From Lama guanicoe (Eukaryota), in NCBI GenBank assembly GCA_013239625.1, contig MU053376.1:1078833-1142832 (forward strand): a stretch of 64,000 nt of DNA, read 5' to 3'. Positions 1 to 12,809 of the stretch are shown here, one piece after another. The first letter of the stretch is position 1; every line of letters starts with the position of its first letter. The position numbers and the translations under genes were made by a program. A model generated the notes under the pieces. The model did no database searches, was not told the origin of the DNA, and saw only the letters and a list, made by a program, of their open reading frames with translations.

Positions 1-153
1 ACTCCCTCCTTGCCTCGCCTTCCCCCTCCCGGGCTGAGGCACCGGGCGGGGTAGGTTGCGCGCTCGCCGCTGGCTCGGGCCGCGGCCGCGGCTTTGCAGC
101 AGGCGGCGCCGCGGGAGGGGGCGGAGCCGGGCGCGGGGGCGGGGGAGGGGCGG

Positions 154-256
154 NNNNNNNNNNNNNNNNNNNNNNNNNNNNNNNNNNNNNNNNNNNNNNN
201 NNNNNNNNNNNNNNNNNNNNNNNNNNNNNNNNNNNNNNNNNNNNNNNNNNNNNNNN
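154..256. other. Assembly gap (103 N)
   Basis: Run of N directly after a G-run-rich stretch in the CpG island. Confidence 0.99.
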
Positions 257-720
257 CTATCAGTGCGGAGGGTGGCCGACGAGGACTTGCCCGGCCGGCT
301 ACCCCATGCCTGCCTCGCCCAGCAACCCGGCCCGCCTGGAGGGATGCGCTGTGCCGCCCAGCTCCCCTCCGCCCTGCCCATGCCCAGAAGCAGAAAGTTT
401 GGGGGGCCGGGGGCTGTCTTCCTCCTCCCGCTCCAATGACTGCCCAAGGACTCCTGCTGCCCAGCCCCGACTGTGACCTGCCTCCGCTCCCCAGGTCGTA
501 ATGAACTATTCCAAGCTGTAACCAAGGCTCCCCCTCCTCGTCCCTCCCTCACCCTCCTTTAAAAAGATTTATTTTTTAATTCAAGAAATTGTGATCCGCC
601 GACTTCCCTCCTCGTTAATAATTTAGACCCCGGCCTCGTTTCTGGGTGTAAGAAGGGGTGCGGTCTCCCCCAAGACGGCGCGCTGGAAGGACAGTTTCCC
701 CTTGCCGACCCACATACACC

Positions 721-927
721 ATGAAGAGGTGCAAATCGGACGAGCTGCAGCCACAGCAGGGCGAGGAGGATGGAGCTGGACTGGAAGATGCCGCTTGCCA
801 CCTGCCGGGCGCGGACCTCCGGCCTGGGGAGGCCACGGGTGCTAACTCTGCTGACGGGCCAATTTCAGATGCGGGCGCTGCCGCGGCGCCCAACCCGGGT
901 CCCCGAAACAAGCCTCCTGATTTAAAG
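721..927 (+). CDS. TMCC2: Transmembrane and coiled-coil domain family member 2, coding exon 1 (69 codons)
   Basis: accATG start; translates [23 protein letters not shown]...KPPDLK, recognisable TMCC2 N-terminus; donor AAG|GTGAGC at 927/928, phase 0. Confidence 0.95.
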
Positions 928-3900
928 GTGAGCGCAGACCCTCCTCTGGCGAGCCCAACCGGCGACTTAGCTTTCCCCGCCCCACGCAGAAGTGTTTTAA
1001 CAGGATGGAAGTGATGGGAAAGCCAGGCGAAGGTCAGAGAGGATGAGCAGATGTTCGGCCAGACCCTAGGCTGGACGTCAGGTACCATTTGCACCTCTGC
1101 CTTTCAGTTCATTTCAGGCCTCTTGTGTTTGCTCTTCCTTATGCGGCAGACGTTCTAGTGACTCACCCATCCAAGATTGTTTGAATAATGCGTGTGAAGC
1201 GCTATTCGCAGACAAAGGGCTGGAGAAATCCAAGATGCTAACTAAAAAGTTGACATCACTTTCCCTCCTGTAAGATGGCAGGGGAAGAAAATTACATCTG
1301 GGAGGCCAAGCAAAGGACCTAATGGTTTCCTTTGCGGAGTTAGTTTCCTCCTTTTGGGACCTTCCTGGATTGAAGCTCAGTTTGTCCATCTGTGAAAGGG
1401 GAGTGTGAACTTCTTGCCGTTAGGTGGAGCCAGAGGTTAAGCTAGTGCTTGGAGATCCCTGCCCGCCTGCTGAACCAACCCCTAGGGTGGAGAACTGACA
1501 GGTGGCTGCGCTGTGCTTGGGCTGGTTTGGGGCCTCGGTTCAAGTTGCACACATGCTGAGCCGGCAGTTAGAACCAGAATCCGAAAGAGGCGATCACATG
1601 CAGCTGGGAGTCCTTTATTTTCCGGCCTGAGGTTGCTGAGACAATTATCGAGCTGTATTGAATTTATCTCTATATTAATTAAAATAGCAGCTGTGGTAAA
1701 TAATGCACCTTTGCTGGAGCTACCACAGGGACTGCAGGCTCCGGCTTCTCCAGCCAGCTCATCACTCGGCTGGGCGAGATGTCAGCCCAAGGAAGGAACT
1801 TAGATGCCTTGGAGATTGATGCCTCAGGGAGATTTTCTCCAGAGTGGGTGCAAGGTCTTGGCTAGGGGAGCAAGAAGACTCCGTTATGTTAAATAAAGCC
1901 TGTATCCTATGGCAGCAGCCACTAAGGAGCTCACCAGAATAAACCAATGACATTCCTCGTTTGGCCTGAGCGGCACAGAGTCAGGAAGTCAGAGCGCAGG
2001 TGAGTGTGCTCTTACCTGTGTGTGTTACCTGTCTGTGTTCCTTGGGGAGCAGTGAGAAGGGGACAGCTAGCTCCATGTGTGTACTTTTAAAAATTTGTGG
2101 TAATTTTTCGAATGTGACCTCTGGTTCTGCTGCTGCCCTTTTCAGAGGTTCGGGGTAGCCTTTAGTCTATAGGTGAGCTCTGCTGGGAAGGCTGTATATC
2201 GAAGGTCCTTTGTATCTGGCCCAGCTGCCACTTCTGAGCCCACCCTGTGTGGTCAGGAGGTGTGGTTCCTCTTTTAAATGAGATGATGAAGGAAAAGTAT
2301 TGCCCTTAATGCTGATGTGGGGAGGGGGCCAGCCTCCTGCTGCAGACTTCAGCTTTATTGTGGGCCGATTCAGATGAGTCTGGCTAGCAAATCCTGATTC
2401 CCTTGACTAGATGGGACCTCACCCGAAAAGTCCAGGAGAAACAGCCTTGGAAACTCCCCCAGTTTCCAGCTCAGACAGCGGTGGAAGCTGTCAGCGCCAT
2501 TCATTTCCCCCAGCTGCCTTCATGAGGGAAGGTGGACTGGTTGTGGTGTGGGGGCTGTTGAGTCTTTGTCTCTGTAGATAAAGCTGCTTTAAGAAGCTCC
2601 TTCATCTCCACCCTCTTATACCATCTCTCCCTCTCTCTTTTTTTTCTTGGTGATATTCTCATTCTGGTTGGGGCAGATACAGCAACAACTCTACACTTGA
2701 TATTAAACGCCGGACGTCCCCGAACCAAAATTGAGATCAGGTGTGAGAAAGGACATTGTCTTTCCAAGTGGTCCTCCACCCCCACCAGAAAATGTACCAC
2801 AGAGGCGACCACAACCATGTGGACCCAGGCTGGCAGCATGGAGAAAATCTAGCTGCTGCTTGCTCAGTGGGAACACGGAGAGACAAACAGGGCCTTTTCC
2901 TGTTTATCTCTGTCTGCTTTATCATGTGTTTACAGGGTAGGGACTTCAGAACCAGACATGAACTTGGGGACTATTGCAGTTTGATTTGCTGTGTGAGCTC
3001 AGGCAAATCACTCAACTTTTCTGAGCCCTTTTCTGGAAAAAGGGACTAAGAATACTGAAGTGTGTCCAAACTTGTTTTCCAATGCTGGCATAGTTTTCCA
3101 GTGGTGGGAAAATTCCACCATTGGCTCTAGCTGTGGGTAGAAGCTGCCTTGTTTTAATTTGCTGGTGGTACCAGTAAGGGGTAAGTTTGATTTTTAACGT
3201 TCCCTGCCCTGCATCTGTGTTTGGCCTAGAGAGACCAGCAGTTCTGGCTTGCTTTTGTCTTCATTTTAAACTTTGGAGATAGGAAGTTTGGGTCCCTTAA
3301 TCCCACTTCTGTTTTCCTGCAACAGCTCCAGCATTGCGATAGATTCAGTGCAATGGAGGAAATCATCTTGAGAAAAGGGGGAAAAAATAAAAGAGGCTTT
3401 GTCTGAAGCACCTCCATGAAAGTTGGAGGAGGTGGGAGAGGAGAGAATTTTGGTCTGAATGGTGCCCTCACTAGTGGCAGCCAAGGTTTTGGGGGCTCTT
3501 GTGGGCTCCTTTCCCCTTTAGTGTCGTGGGCTCTGCACTGTCCATTTTTGCTATGGTGGCCTGAGATCGGTGATTATAAGGTGGGGAGGGCCAGTGAAAA
3601 GAGGGAAAAAGAATTAAGCAGCAGTCTTTGGGGAGGGATCATAAAACGGTAACTGAAAAATAGCCTGAAAATGGACATTGCTTATGCAGGTACTTTGGGG
3701 GCCTTCTTAGCTACTCTGCATACTAGATGTGACCTTTGGGGGACATCTCAGCAGACAGTCCTGCAACAGGAGCCCGACAGTTCAGAGTCACGTCCCCTGC
3801 CCCCGTGGCCTGGATTTCTGCTGAACCACTTGAGTTCGCGTCTTGGTTCATTTGTGATCATTACCTGGTCCTTTGCTGCTGCCCGGCTCCTTGCTAGTCG

Positions 3901-4644
3901 GGAGGAAATGCTGGATTGCTGGTCACAGAAAGTGTTGGCTGACCGAAAGTACACCGAGATTTTCCAGCAAATAACCCCAGTTCCAGCCAGAGTGGGAGTA
4001 GGGGGAGCTCAGGGGAAAAGCGCACAAAGGGACATGGAGCACCCATTCCTGTTAAAAATACAGCAGGTGGTAGTGGCTGCTGGAGGTGCTGGGATGTGTG
4101 TCAGAGCCCGAAGGTAGAGGAGGAAATCGCCAACCTTGCCACCTCTCTCAGCCCTTGGCAACTGGAGGAATTGAGTCTTTCCTGAGAGGAAGACTCTGGG
4201 TGTGCTGGCCGGAGTTCTTCGCCTGGAAATCCCTTGAGGGTCTCCTTCCCCTCACAAAAGCCCCTGCAAATGATTTCCCCAGGGATTTCTGAACAGTATT
4301 AATATATTTTTGTCCCAGAAGAAAAGGGGGGTGCTCTGAATTTCATTATTCCAGTCCTGGTTCGAAGTCCTTTAGGCTCATTTGGGTTCCAGCTCATGTT
4401 CTTCCGTCCACACCAGACCCTGGTCTCCCTGCCTGCTCAGAGTAAGGATCAGGAAAAGCAATTAGAAACCAAATAGCTGCGGGAAAGTCACAACTGAATC
4501 CTGTATGCTTCTCCTTGCTGGCTGTGCTGGGGATCACAGGCGCTGCACCCCCTCCCTGCCCCCCTGCCCCTGAGGCCCTCAGGTAGAGAGCCCCTGGGAG
4601 AGGGGTCAGAGGTCAACTGACACTGATGCCTTCAGCGGGAGAGG

Positions 4645-4800
4645 CCGTGTTTTAAACTGTGAAATACGACATGCTTATGAAAGTGTCTGAAAAATCTGAA
4701 AACATAAGTACAGCTTAAATAACAGCGAAAGACACCCCATCTATCTACCACCAAAGTCAAGAGAGAGAACACTGACATTTCTAAGAAGCCCCTGCTTGTT
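4645..4800 (-). mobile_element. Ancient L1ME-like 3' fragment
   Basis: gtgaaatacgacat...gtacagcttaaa...accaccaaagtcaagagagagaacact...agaagcccct pattern; by eye only. Confidence 0.45.
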
Positions 4801-7800
4801 TTTCTGTTCTTTTATTTTATTTTTAAGGCCCAGGGTTTTGATAAAATGTATGGGTCTCAGTTTCTCCACTTTTTCGATGGGAAGACAGGAGACCTCGTGG
4901 GAATGCGGGTGGGATGGAGGAGTGTGGATGCTCTGTCTGGGCCTCTGGGGAACGGTTCTGGTGGTAGAGCAGGGCCCCACGCAGCCTTGCTGCATCATGA
5001 GGCCCCCAGCTCCCCTCCAGAAGTGATATGTTCTGGCTGGAAGATTCCCACAGTTGCAGGCGGGAGCAGGACCCCTGGGAGAGGTTCCATCAGGAGAGGC
5101 AGAACCCGAACAGGGTAAATCTCGGAACAGGGAAATGGGGAATCAGCCCTTTGGCAGCAGCCACTGCCTTCACCTCCAGGCACAGGGTGAAACACAAGAA
5201 AATCATTCATCTAAGCACACTTTAACTTTAAGTGTGCTTTGGGCATCATCAGTGGAATGAGAAACCTATGGGGTTAATCAGAAGCGGTGGGCTTAGAGCA
5301 AGTTTTAAGGGTGGAAGTTTAGTTACAACCCAGAGGAGAGCACTTTTGAAGTGGGGGAATTAAAATGCTAAGTGCCAGGTCCCTTGTAAGGCCAGTGTCC
5401 TTTTTGACTGTCAGTAGTCAGGGACAATAGGCGGTGGTGAAGAATTCTGAGGCTGCCCGTTTCTATCCCACCTGGACCTAATGTGAGGTGGGCAGAGGGT
5501 CCTAAGGCCTGGGATTGCCTCTCTCCCACCCCCCTCTGCCTCCAGGAATTTTCAGAGCAGCCCTGAATGTGGGCTTGGGAGGAATTGGTGACCGATGGGA
5601 AAGCAGGTGGCAAATGAAGCTGTCTGTTCTGCCACATATTGGGTTCTAGATGAATTCCCAGCTGCCCTCGCTGTTCCAGTGGGAACTGTCTTGCAGGCTC
5701 GCTATTACAGAATGTGCTTCTTTTCGTGTATTTAATTGTCTTAATTGCCTATCCCATTAACAAGAATCTCTCCCTCAACGAGGAATTGAAACATCAGACA
5801 GGATCTGAATTTGGGGTTGAAGTTTAAAAAAAAGTGTGGGTATTGGGCTGGGGTAAAAAAGCTCAGGTGGCTTCTCAGTGGTGGTCCTGGAGGCCAACCC
5901 AAACTCGTCTCTGTTTCCATCTCTCCTCTAAGAAATGGCATCTCCCTTTGAACTCCTCACAGACAAGGAGGGTGCATTCTTAGAACGAGGTCGTACTTTA
6001 TCAGCTAATAAACACCAGGCCTCTCGCCACGTTAAGAAGTTAAAACAAAGCTGTTGAGGGATAGCAGGTATGTTTATGTGGGGAAAACATTTGACTTTTC
6101 AAACCAAATGGCTACAGGCTTCCTTATTCCAGCCAAATTCCCTGAGTGATGTCCACCTTGGAAAACAAAGCTGGCTTTAATTTCCGGAGCCGTGACCTAA
6201 GCCATTCGTGAGGACAGCAGACACATTCAGGCTCCTGGGTTTGTGTTCATCTCCCTCCAAGAAGCCCGATCTTGGCAGTTACTCTGATAATGGACCGAGG
6301 TGAGAGTTGAAACTACAGCAGGAGGGATCTGGGTTAGACACAAGAAAAAGCTGTGCAAATGAGCATTTTAAATCGTTGGAAAAGGTTGTTGTCTGTGCAC
6401 TAAATCGCCTTTTTAAGGTGGTTCTGTAGATTTGCATTGTTTCCACTCAGAGAATAATTAAGTAGCAATTGCCACGTTTGTGTTAAGATCTCTGCCCGGT
6501 GATACTGGAGACAGAAAGATAATAGACCATATTGCTCCTGCCCTCCATTTGCTCATGGAGGGTTCCACTCATAAGCAGGAGAAAAGTTGGATGACAGTTT
6601 GAGAGAGCATGAGAAGCCGTGGCGCAAGGCGGAACATGATTAACTGCAAGATGAGGGGTGCAGATAATGAGCTCTCCGGAGTTCAGATCAGGGTGGTGCG
6701 ATCAGTGTGGGCTGGTGTGGTCAGTGAGGGCTGCATGGAGGGGGAGGTGGTGAAGGATGGGTAGGATGAGAGGAGGCAGAGAGAGGGCCCACCATGCAGG
6801 TAACTTGAATTAACATCTCTTATGCTGGTGTATGTTGAGCCGGTTCTGCCTAGAGACCCTGCTGCATGAGGTCGCCTTGCCTGACTGGCATTGGCTCCAG
6901 GCAGAATTCTCTAAGCGATAAATAAAGGAAGGAGGAGTTAAAATAAAATTGAGAATGGGGAAGCCGTTTGCCCCTGAGTTGAGATCTGTTTTGTAATGTC
7001 AGCGGTGATGCTGGAGAAGGAAAAAAATGATTCCAAAAATCTTTCATCACTGTGTTTCTAGGAGAAACAGTTGCAGCTGCTCATTCTTCCCCATCATTGT
7101 GGCCAAATCTGGGGTGATGGCTCCCCACCCAAGGCTTCTTAAGGGCAATTGGAGACTTTTGCAGTCCACTTTTTTATCTCGAGAGTAGGACTCTGTGGGT
7201 TTTTACAGCGATTAGCTCTCTAATGCTGGCCCTGTTTCCATAGAGACCCTATAAATAGAGGAACGTTGGCGACCTAGGCTTGCTAAGGCTCACGGTGACC
7301 CAGTCACCCCGCTGAACCCTCCCAGCCGAACCTGTGTGGGGCAGAGGGCGTTTCAAACCCAGGTGGGAGGAGCGGATATGCAGTCAGAGATGCAGTCAGT
7401 TGCCAAGTGGGATAATTAGCTATAGGTTAGTGTCACTTTTTAAGATCCTTTTAGCTTTAATGGGAGTTGGTAAGAACACAGGGACTTGGAGGAATGAGAA
7501 GCCACTTCTGGCTGGTTTTAACCAGCCAGTGCCAAAGTCTCTGTATCCCGAAGCATTTTACTTTTGATCTCCTGCAGCTGTGTTTGCAGCTTTTGGAGCA
7601 GACTTCCCCTTTGGGGGACCCACACCCAGGGAGGGAAACGGATGAAGCATAACTGTTCCGAGACCACAGCCTTCTCAGGAAGGATCTCTCAGAAACTGTC
7701 AAGTCCACCCCGTCTTCCCGAGAGGATGGTGGCACCCAGGCGACGGGGCTCTTCCTGCCTTTAAAGATAGTTCGGAGGTGGAGGCAGCAAACTCCCCTCA

Positions 7801-8629
7801 TTTACCTGCCCAGGTGTGGGCACCTGGCCCCCGGATGTTCTCCCTCCCGGCTGGCTTCTGGCCTCTGGGCAGTTCTAGGACAGCTTTTGCTCGTTCTGTG
7901 GATCCAGGGAGCTGTTTGTGTCCCACCTCTAACTCTCTTTTCATAATACATGGCTTTGCTTGGCCACCAAAATGGTTTCTGGCAGCTGGGGAAAAGCAAT
8001 AGTCAATGTGGAGAAGCAAGTGACATTTAGTAGCTGGAACCTGTTAGTCAGAGCAGGTGGTGCCTTCTGCTGCGTTGGTGGCTAAGTTCCCTCAAGCTAG
8101 TCACCATGGTTTTCCTCATTTCCAAAACTTGTGGTTGGTTATGTGTATGTGCTGTTTTTTTTTTTTTAACACTTCCCATGTCGTGTCAGAACTCCTTAAC
8201 CGTCTCCTCGCTGACACCCACACGCAGAAGCAGCCCGTGTGCTACCTGCTTTCTTGACTTGCACCTCGTAAGTGAGGGGAAAACCCCTTGGTTTGGAGCA
8301 GCCTCCCTCCTGCTATTATTCTCTGACCTCTTTTTTGTTCTTTTCCCTCGTCCCCACCATCATCTTTAGCAGACTCCGTGGTGCTGCTGGGGCAGAGTTC
8401 CTGAGGTCACCCTGGCTTTCCTTCACCTGTAGAGCACATGGAAGGTGGGAAAGAAAGACCCACACTGGTTACAGGTCTTGCCCAAGTCCTACAGTGTGGC
8501 GTGGGCAGATCCACCATTGCAGTTCAGGCATTTTTGTTTTGTTTTTTTCCTGCCTATGATTCTGTTCTGGATCACATGAAAATACCGTATCTGCTTTAGT
8601 CTTGGAATCACTGTGAGCCAGTGAGGGTG

Positions 8630-8810
8630 ACTTAGACTGGAAGTCGGAGGTGCCTATGTGTGACTTGCATGAGCCCCTTAACTGTGCTGGGCTTCAGTCT
8701 CTTCATCTGCAAAATGCAGACACTGATGCAGTCACATCCTGCATCCTGAGGTTAGGCGAGCATCAGGCTGGAATGACAGCATACACTGGAAAGCACTTTG
8801 GAAAATGCTG
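8630..8810 (+). mobile_element. MIR SINE
   Basis: Core tgtgacttg...cttaac...cttcagtctcttcatctgcaaaatg. Confidence 0.55.
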
Positions 8811-10354
8811 TTGTTAAAGGATATTAAAAATAAATTGACCAAAGATTTTAGGATTCAAAGCAATATGGCAGGCAGTGGTGGCTGCTGTCCCCAGCGCCTC
8901 CCCCCTTCTCCCTGGGCTTCAGGACTCTGGTGAAGTCTTTTGAAGGGAACTCTGTATCTGAGTGGATGTGAAAGAAGGGCCTCAGAGTAGGAGAAGCTAG
9001 GCTAGGAGTGGCGGGGAGAGGAGAAAGAGGCCTGGAATAGAATGCTAGAAAGACAATTTGTAATATGTAATGTGACCACTTGGCAAAAGCCACTGGGCAA
9101 ATGCCAGAGTCAGCTGGCCTGTCCACCATGCCTGGAGGAAGGTCTAGTGTCAGCTTGGACTGAGGAGGAAGGGGGGTGTCCTGGGCTGTCCCTGGTCCAG
9201 AGGCTGCAGGATCTGGCCACTTCCAAGTCTGGCGGAGTCCAGTCCTCAGTCTGGTCTGCCTTGGACGCGGTGGTTGTACCCAGAGCAGATTCAGCTGGGC
9301 CTCCTGGCCCTGCCGCGGGCTGGCCCTGAGGAGATGGTAGCTCCCGTGGGAAGATCTGGTGTTGTGGACCTGACGCCTCCAGGGCTGCCCCAGGATTAAT
9401 TTCTTAAGCAGTGAGGGTCACCTTAATTTCCTCACTTAAAAATGGAAGTGTTGCCACTGTTGCTTTAATTAGTTTCTGGGAAAATTGAGTGAGATAATGC
9501 AACAGAAAAAGTGCCTTAAAAACTATAAAGCGTGAGTTCACAGTGAGCTGCAATGATGTAACTTATCTGGTCTGTAAAATGGGTGACATAAGGGCCCCAC
9601 CTACTCTGAGGATTATAGGGCGACTCAAATGAGCTGAAAATGAAAATCCTACACTTGGACACAAATCCACAGTAGTATACGTGGTTATTGACATCCAGAT
9701 GTGAGTGTGGCTATCTGCACAAACCACGCTGCGGTGTAAAGTAACAGGAGTGCGGTCAGCTAATTCAGAAGATCTAAAGATGGTTTTTTCTTGGCGTCTT
9801 TGTGGTTCAAGTTTTCTGCTCTGTAAGTTGTTTCTAGGAAAAAAAAAAAAGTCCAGTACGTGTAATTCTTTGGAAGGGTTTTTAGGTGAGTGAGGCTGCG
9901 TCCCGAGGTGATGGGGTGTCCTCACAGGTGAAGACCTGCTGTGGCCCACTGAGCCCCGCATGGCTGGGTTCTGTTTCCCCCTTAGGAGTTACAGGATGTG
10001 GATTCTCACCTGGTCCTCCAAGTCCCAGCTCTCCTACTGCTGGCTCTGAAGCTCTCTGCCGGGGGCTTGGATCCACCAGATGAGCCAGCCCCCTGACAGA
10101 AGCAGCTGTCTGGAATTATACCCACATTGCCTCGCCCTGGCCAGGCCGTCCTGCTGCCTCTGAGCAGTGCTGCCTGGGGAGCAGCTGAAGCATCTCAGCG
10201 GCAGAGCTAAAGGGGGAAGGCGGGGGCAGGGCCACACTGGGCTCCAGGGCGCCTTTGGTTTGTTCCAATCCGAGCAGAGAGATGTTGGTTCTGATATGTA
10301 TGTATGCTAAAGAAGTGGTCACATTACTCCCTGCACTACAAGGTATGCCCATAG

Positions 10355-10530
10355 GAGTAGTTTATTTACTTCCTTACATTTACCAGTTTGTTACAGAGGA
10401 TGAACAGACAGATGAAGGGGTCCATGAGGTGAGGTTCGGAAGGCCTTGAGTGCAGGAGTTTCTGTTGCCCTGGAACTGGGATGTGCCACCTTCCTGGCAT
10501 GTGAAAGTATTCGCCAACCTGGAAGCTTCA
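10355..10530. mobile_element. MER21/MER77-group LTR fragment
   Basis: tttatttactt...ccagtttgtta...gatgaaggggtccat...caggagtttctgttgccctggaactgggatgtgccacc...gccaacctggaagct. Confidence 0.55.
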
Positions 10531-10549
10531 GTAAAATGTGTTCTATTGC

Positions 10550-10930
10550 TATATCAGGAGTGAGAGAAAATTACTGTTGTATAGACGACAATATAGACAA
10601 AGCTACATTTGTTTATTTCATGAAGCAAGAACCCCAGGGTAGGCATTCACAGCTGGTTTGGTGACTCTGTAGGGCCATCCGGTCCTCAGGCCTGTCCCTG
10701 GGGTCTCCCCCAGCTGTGTGTAAGTCTGCATCATCATGCCGGTCACCTTGTCGTTGCAAGGCGCCTGCTGCATCTCCAGGCATTACCACCACATTCCAGA
10801 TGGGAAGAAGTAGGAAGGACCAGTGCCTTTGTCAAGAAAGCAAAAGTGTTTCCAGAAACACTCACCTTGTTTTTCATTGGCCAAAACTGTCATATGGCCA
10901 CTCCTAGCTGCAAGGGAGTCTGATGAAGCA
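10550..10930. mobile_element. MLT1-type (ERVL-MaLR) LTR fragment
   Basis: ctgctgcatctccaggcattacc...tcattggccaaaactgtcatatggccactcctagctgcaagggagtctg motif typical of old MLT1. Confidence 0.65.
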
Positions 10931-10985
10931 AGAATTGTAGTACGGTGCAATAAGGCCATACAATTTGGTAAGAAAGAAGAATAGA

Positions 10986-11151
10986 GTGGGGAGGGTATAG
11001 CTCAAGTGGTAGAGCACAGGCTTAGCACACACGAGGTCCTGGGTTCAATCCTCAGTACCTCCTCTAAAAATAAATATAACCTAATTACCTGCCCCCACCC
11101 CCTACCCCCAACCAAAATAAAATAAATGAATGAAATATTCTTTAAAAAAAA
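10986..11151 (+). mobile_element. tRNA-Ala-derived SINE (camelid Vic-1-like), copy 1
   Basis: Head GGGGAGGGTATAGCTCAAGTGGTAGAGC (A box), GGTTCAATCC (B box), CCTAATTACC body, A-rich tail; TSD aagaataga at 10977-85 and 11152-60. Confidence 0.85.
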
Positions 11152-11690
11152 AAGAATAGATATTGGGTAGATAATTAGCAATATCCGCTACGACCTGATT
11201 GCATGGCCCTGACCCAGGGAGTGTTGCCATGAGACATCTTTGGAAGTGGATGCCTGCCTGGTGGTCCGAAAGAGCATCTTGAGAAGGACCTAACTCAGAA
11301 GAAGGGAGGGATTAGGGGGTGGAGGGAGAGTCAGTCCAGAGGCATAAACCTCATGAGCCAAGTGCTGCCTGTGTGTACCCCTGAGCCCCAGACTGTAGCC
11401 ACAGGAACGTCCTGACCAGTAACCCTGAGGCCAGGTGTTGATTGGGAATGTACAGTGGGAAACCATATGGGTACATCTCTTTGTGAATGAGAGGAAAATG
11501 GGTCCGGGTTGCCACCTTTCTGCAAGGTGAACTTTTAGGCATGACGAGATATTCATGGGGATCTTCCAGACTCAGATGGCTGCAGCAGCTGCACTGGCAT
11601 CCCAAGAACGGACCCTCGCCTCTGCCCCTAATCGACCAGGCATTCGAGAGCTTTCCACTCACCAGGTTCTTCATCTTTGTCCCCCTTAAG

Positions 11691-12221
11691 AAAATCCAGC
11701 AGCTCTCAGAGGGCTCCATGTTTGGCCACGGCTTGAAGCACCTGTTCCACAGCCGCCGCCGGTCACGGGAGAGGGAGCACCAGACGTCTCAGGATTCCCA
11801 GCAGCAGCATCAGCAGGGCATGTCTGACCATGACTCCCCGGACGAGAAGGAGCACTCCCCGGAGATGCACCGCGTCTCCTACGCCATGTCCCTGCACGAC
11901 CTGCCCGCCAGGCCCACCGCCTTCAACCGCGTGCTGCAGCAGATCCGCTCCCGGCCCTCCATCAAGCGGGGCGCTAGCCTGCACAGCAGCGGCGGGGGCG
12001 GCAGCGGTGGGGGCAGCAGCCGGCGCACCAAGAGCAGCTCCCTGGAGCCCCAGCGCGGCAGCCCCCACCTGCTGCGCAAGGCCCCCCAGGACAGCAGCCT
12101 GGCCGCCATCCTGCACCAGCATCAGTGCCGCCCCCGCTCCTCGTCCACCACCGACACGGCCCTGCTGCTGGCCGACGGTGGCAACCTCCTGGCCGAGGAG
12201 GCCGAGGGCCTCAGCGACAAG
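11691..12221 (+). CDS. TMCC2: TMCC2 coding exon 2 (531 nt)
   Basis: Pyrimidine tract + TAAG| acceptor; [27 protein letters not shown]...AEGLSDK; donor AAG|GTGAGG; phase 0/0. Confidence 0.95.
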
Positions 12222-12529
12222 GTGAGGCGGGGCGAGGGGAGGGCCTTCCAGGTGGGGGCTGCCTAGAGGCAGGAGCCACCTCCTAAGGGGCCTGTGGCCC
12301 TGGGGAGCTGAGCTGGGGACCAGCCTGGTGGGTACGGACAGCCCCGCCGCCTGCAGAGCTGTCTGTCTGGTTGAAGGAGCCAGAGATAGGACTGAGCCAA
12401 AAGCAAGAGATGACCCGCAAATGGCTAATTTTTTTGTTTGTTTAGAGGTTTGTTTTTCAAAATTAACTTTTGCTCAGGCTGATACTAATTTTAATTTGTT
12501 CTCCTTAAACATGCTCTCCAGAGGCAATA

Positions 12530-12715
12530 AGTGTAGTGATCAAGAACACAGACTAGTGTCAACCCTGGGTCTGCCACGTATTGCCCAAGTCACTTCATCT
12601 TTTTGTACCACAGCTTCCCCAATTGAAAATTGGGCTAATAATGGTAGAGTTGCTGTGGGATTAAATGCATTCATACATGTAAAACACTTGGAATGGAGCC
12701 TGGCCAGTATCATTT
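12530..12715 (+). mobile_element. MIR SINE
   Basis: tagtgatcaagaacacagact...gttgctgtgggattaaatg...catgtaaaacacttggaa...cctggc. Confidence 0.65.
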
Positions 12716-12809
12716 TTATTATTATGACCAACCAAAGGAGGCAGAGGAGGAATCCATGAAGGGTTGTTTGGTAAGGAGACTGTCTAGTTTGGCACTTTCT
12801 GAATTTCTA

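Larger units (their letters stand above)
1..1000. promoter_or_regulatory. TMCC2: CpG island / GC-box-rich promoter and 5' leader of TMCC2
   Basis: Very high GC and CpG density, repeated GGGCGG/GGGGCGG boxes (e.g. ~43-53, 116-153) immediately upstream of the first coding exon. Boundaries approximate. Confidence 0.8.

Noticed and set aside
10988..11062. tRNA-Ala(AGC)-like sequence, also in the other SINE copies
   Set aside because: Followed by SINE body, A-rich tail and TSD, with stem-breaking substitutions; a SINE head, not a tRNA gene.
11487..11690. N-terminal extension of the 259-aa ORF upstream of exon 2
   Set aside because: Intronic read-through upstream of a clear branch point, pyrimidine tract and AG; exon 1 supplies the true N-terminus.
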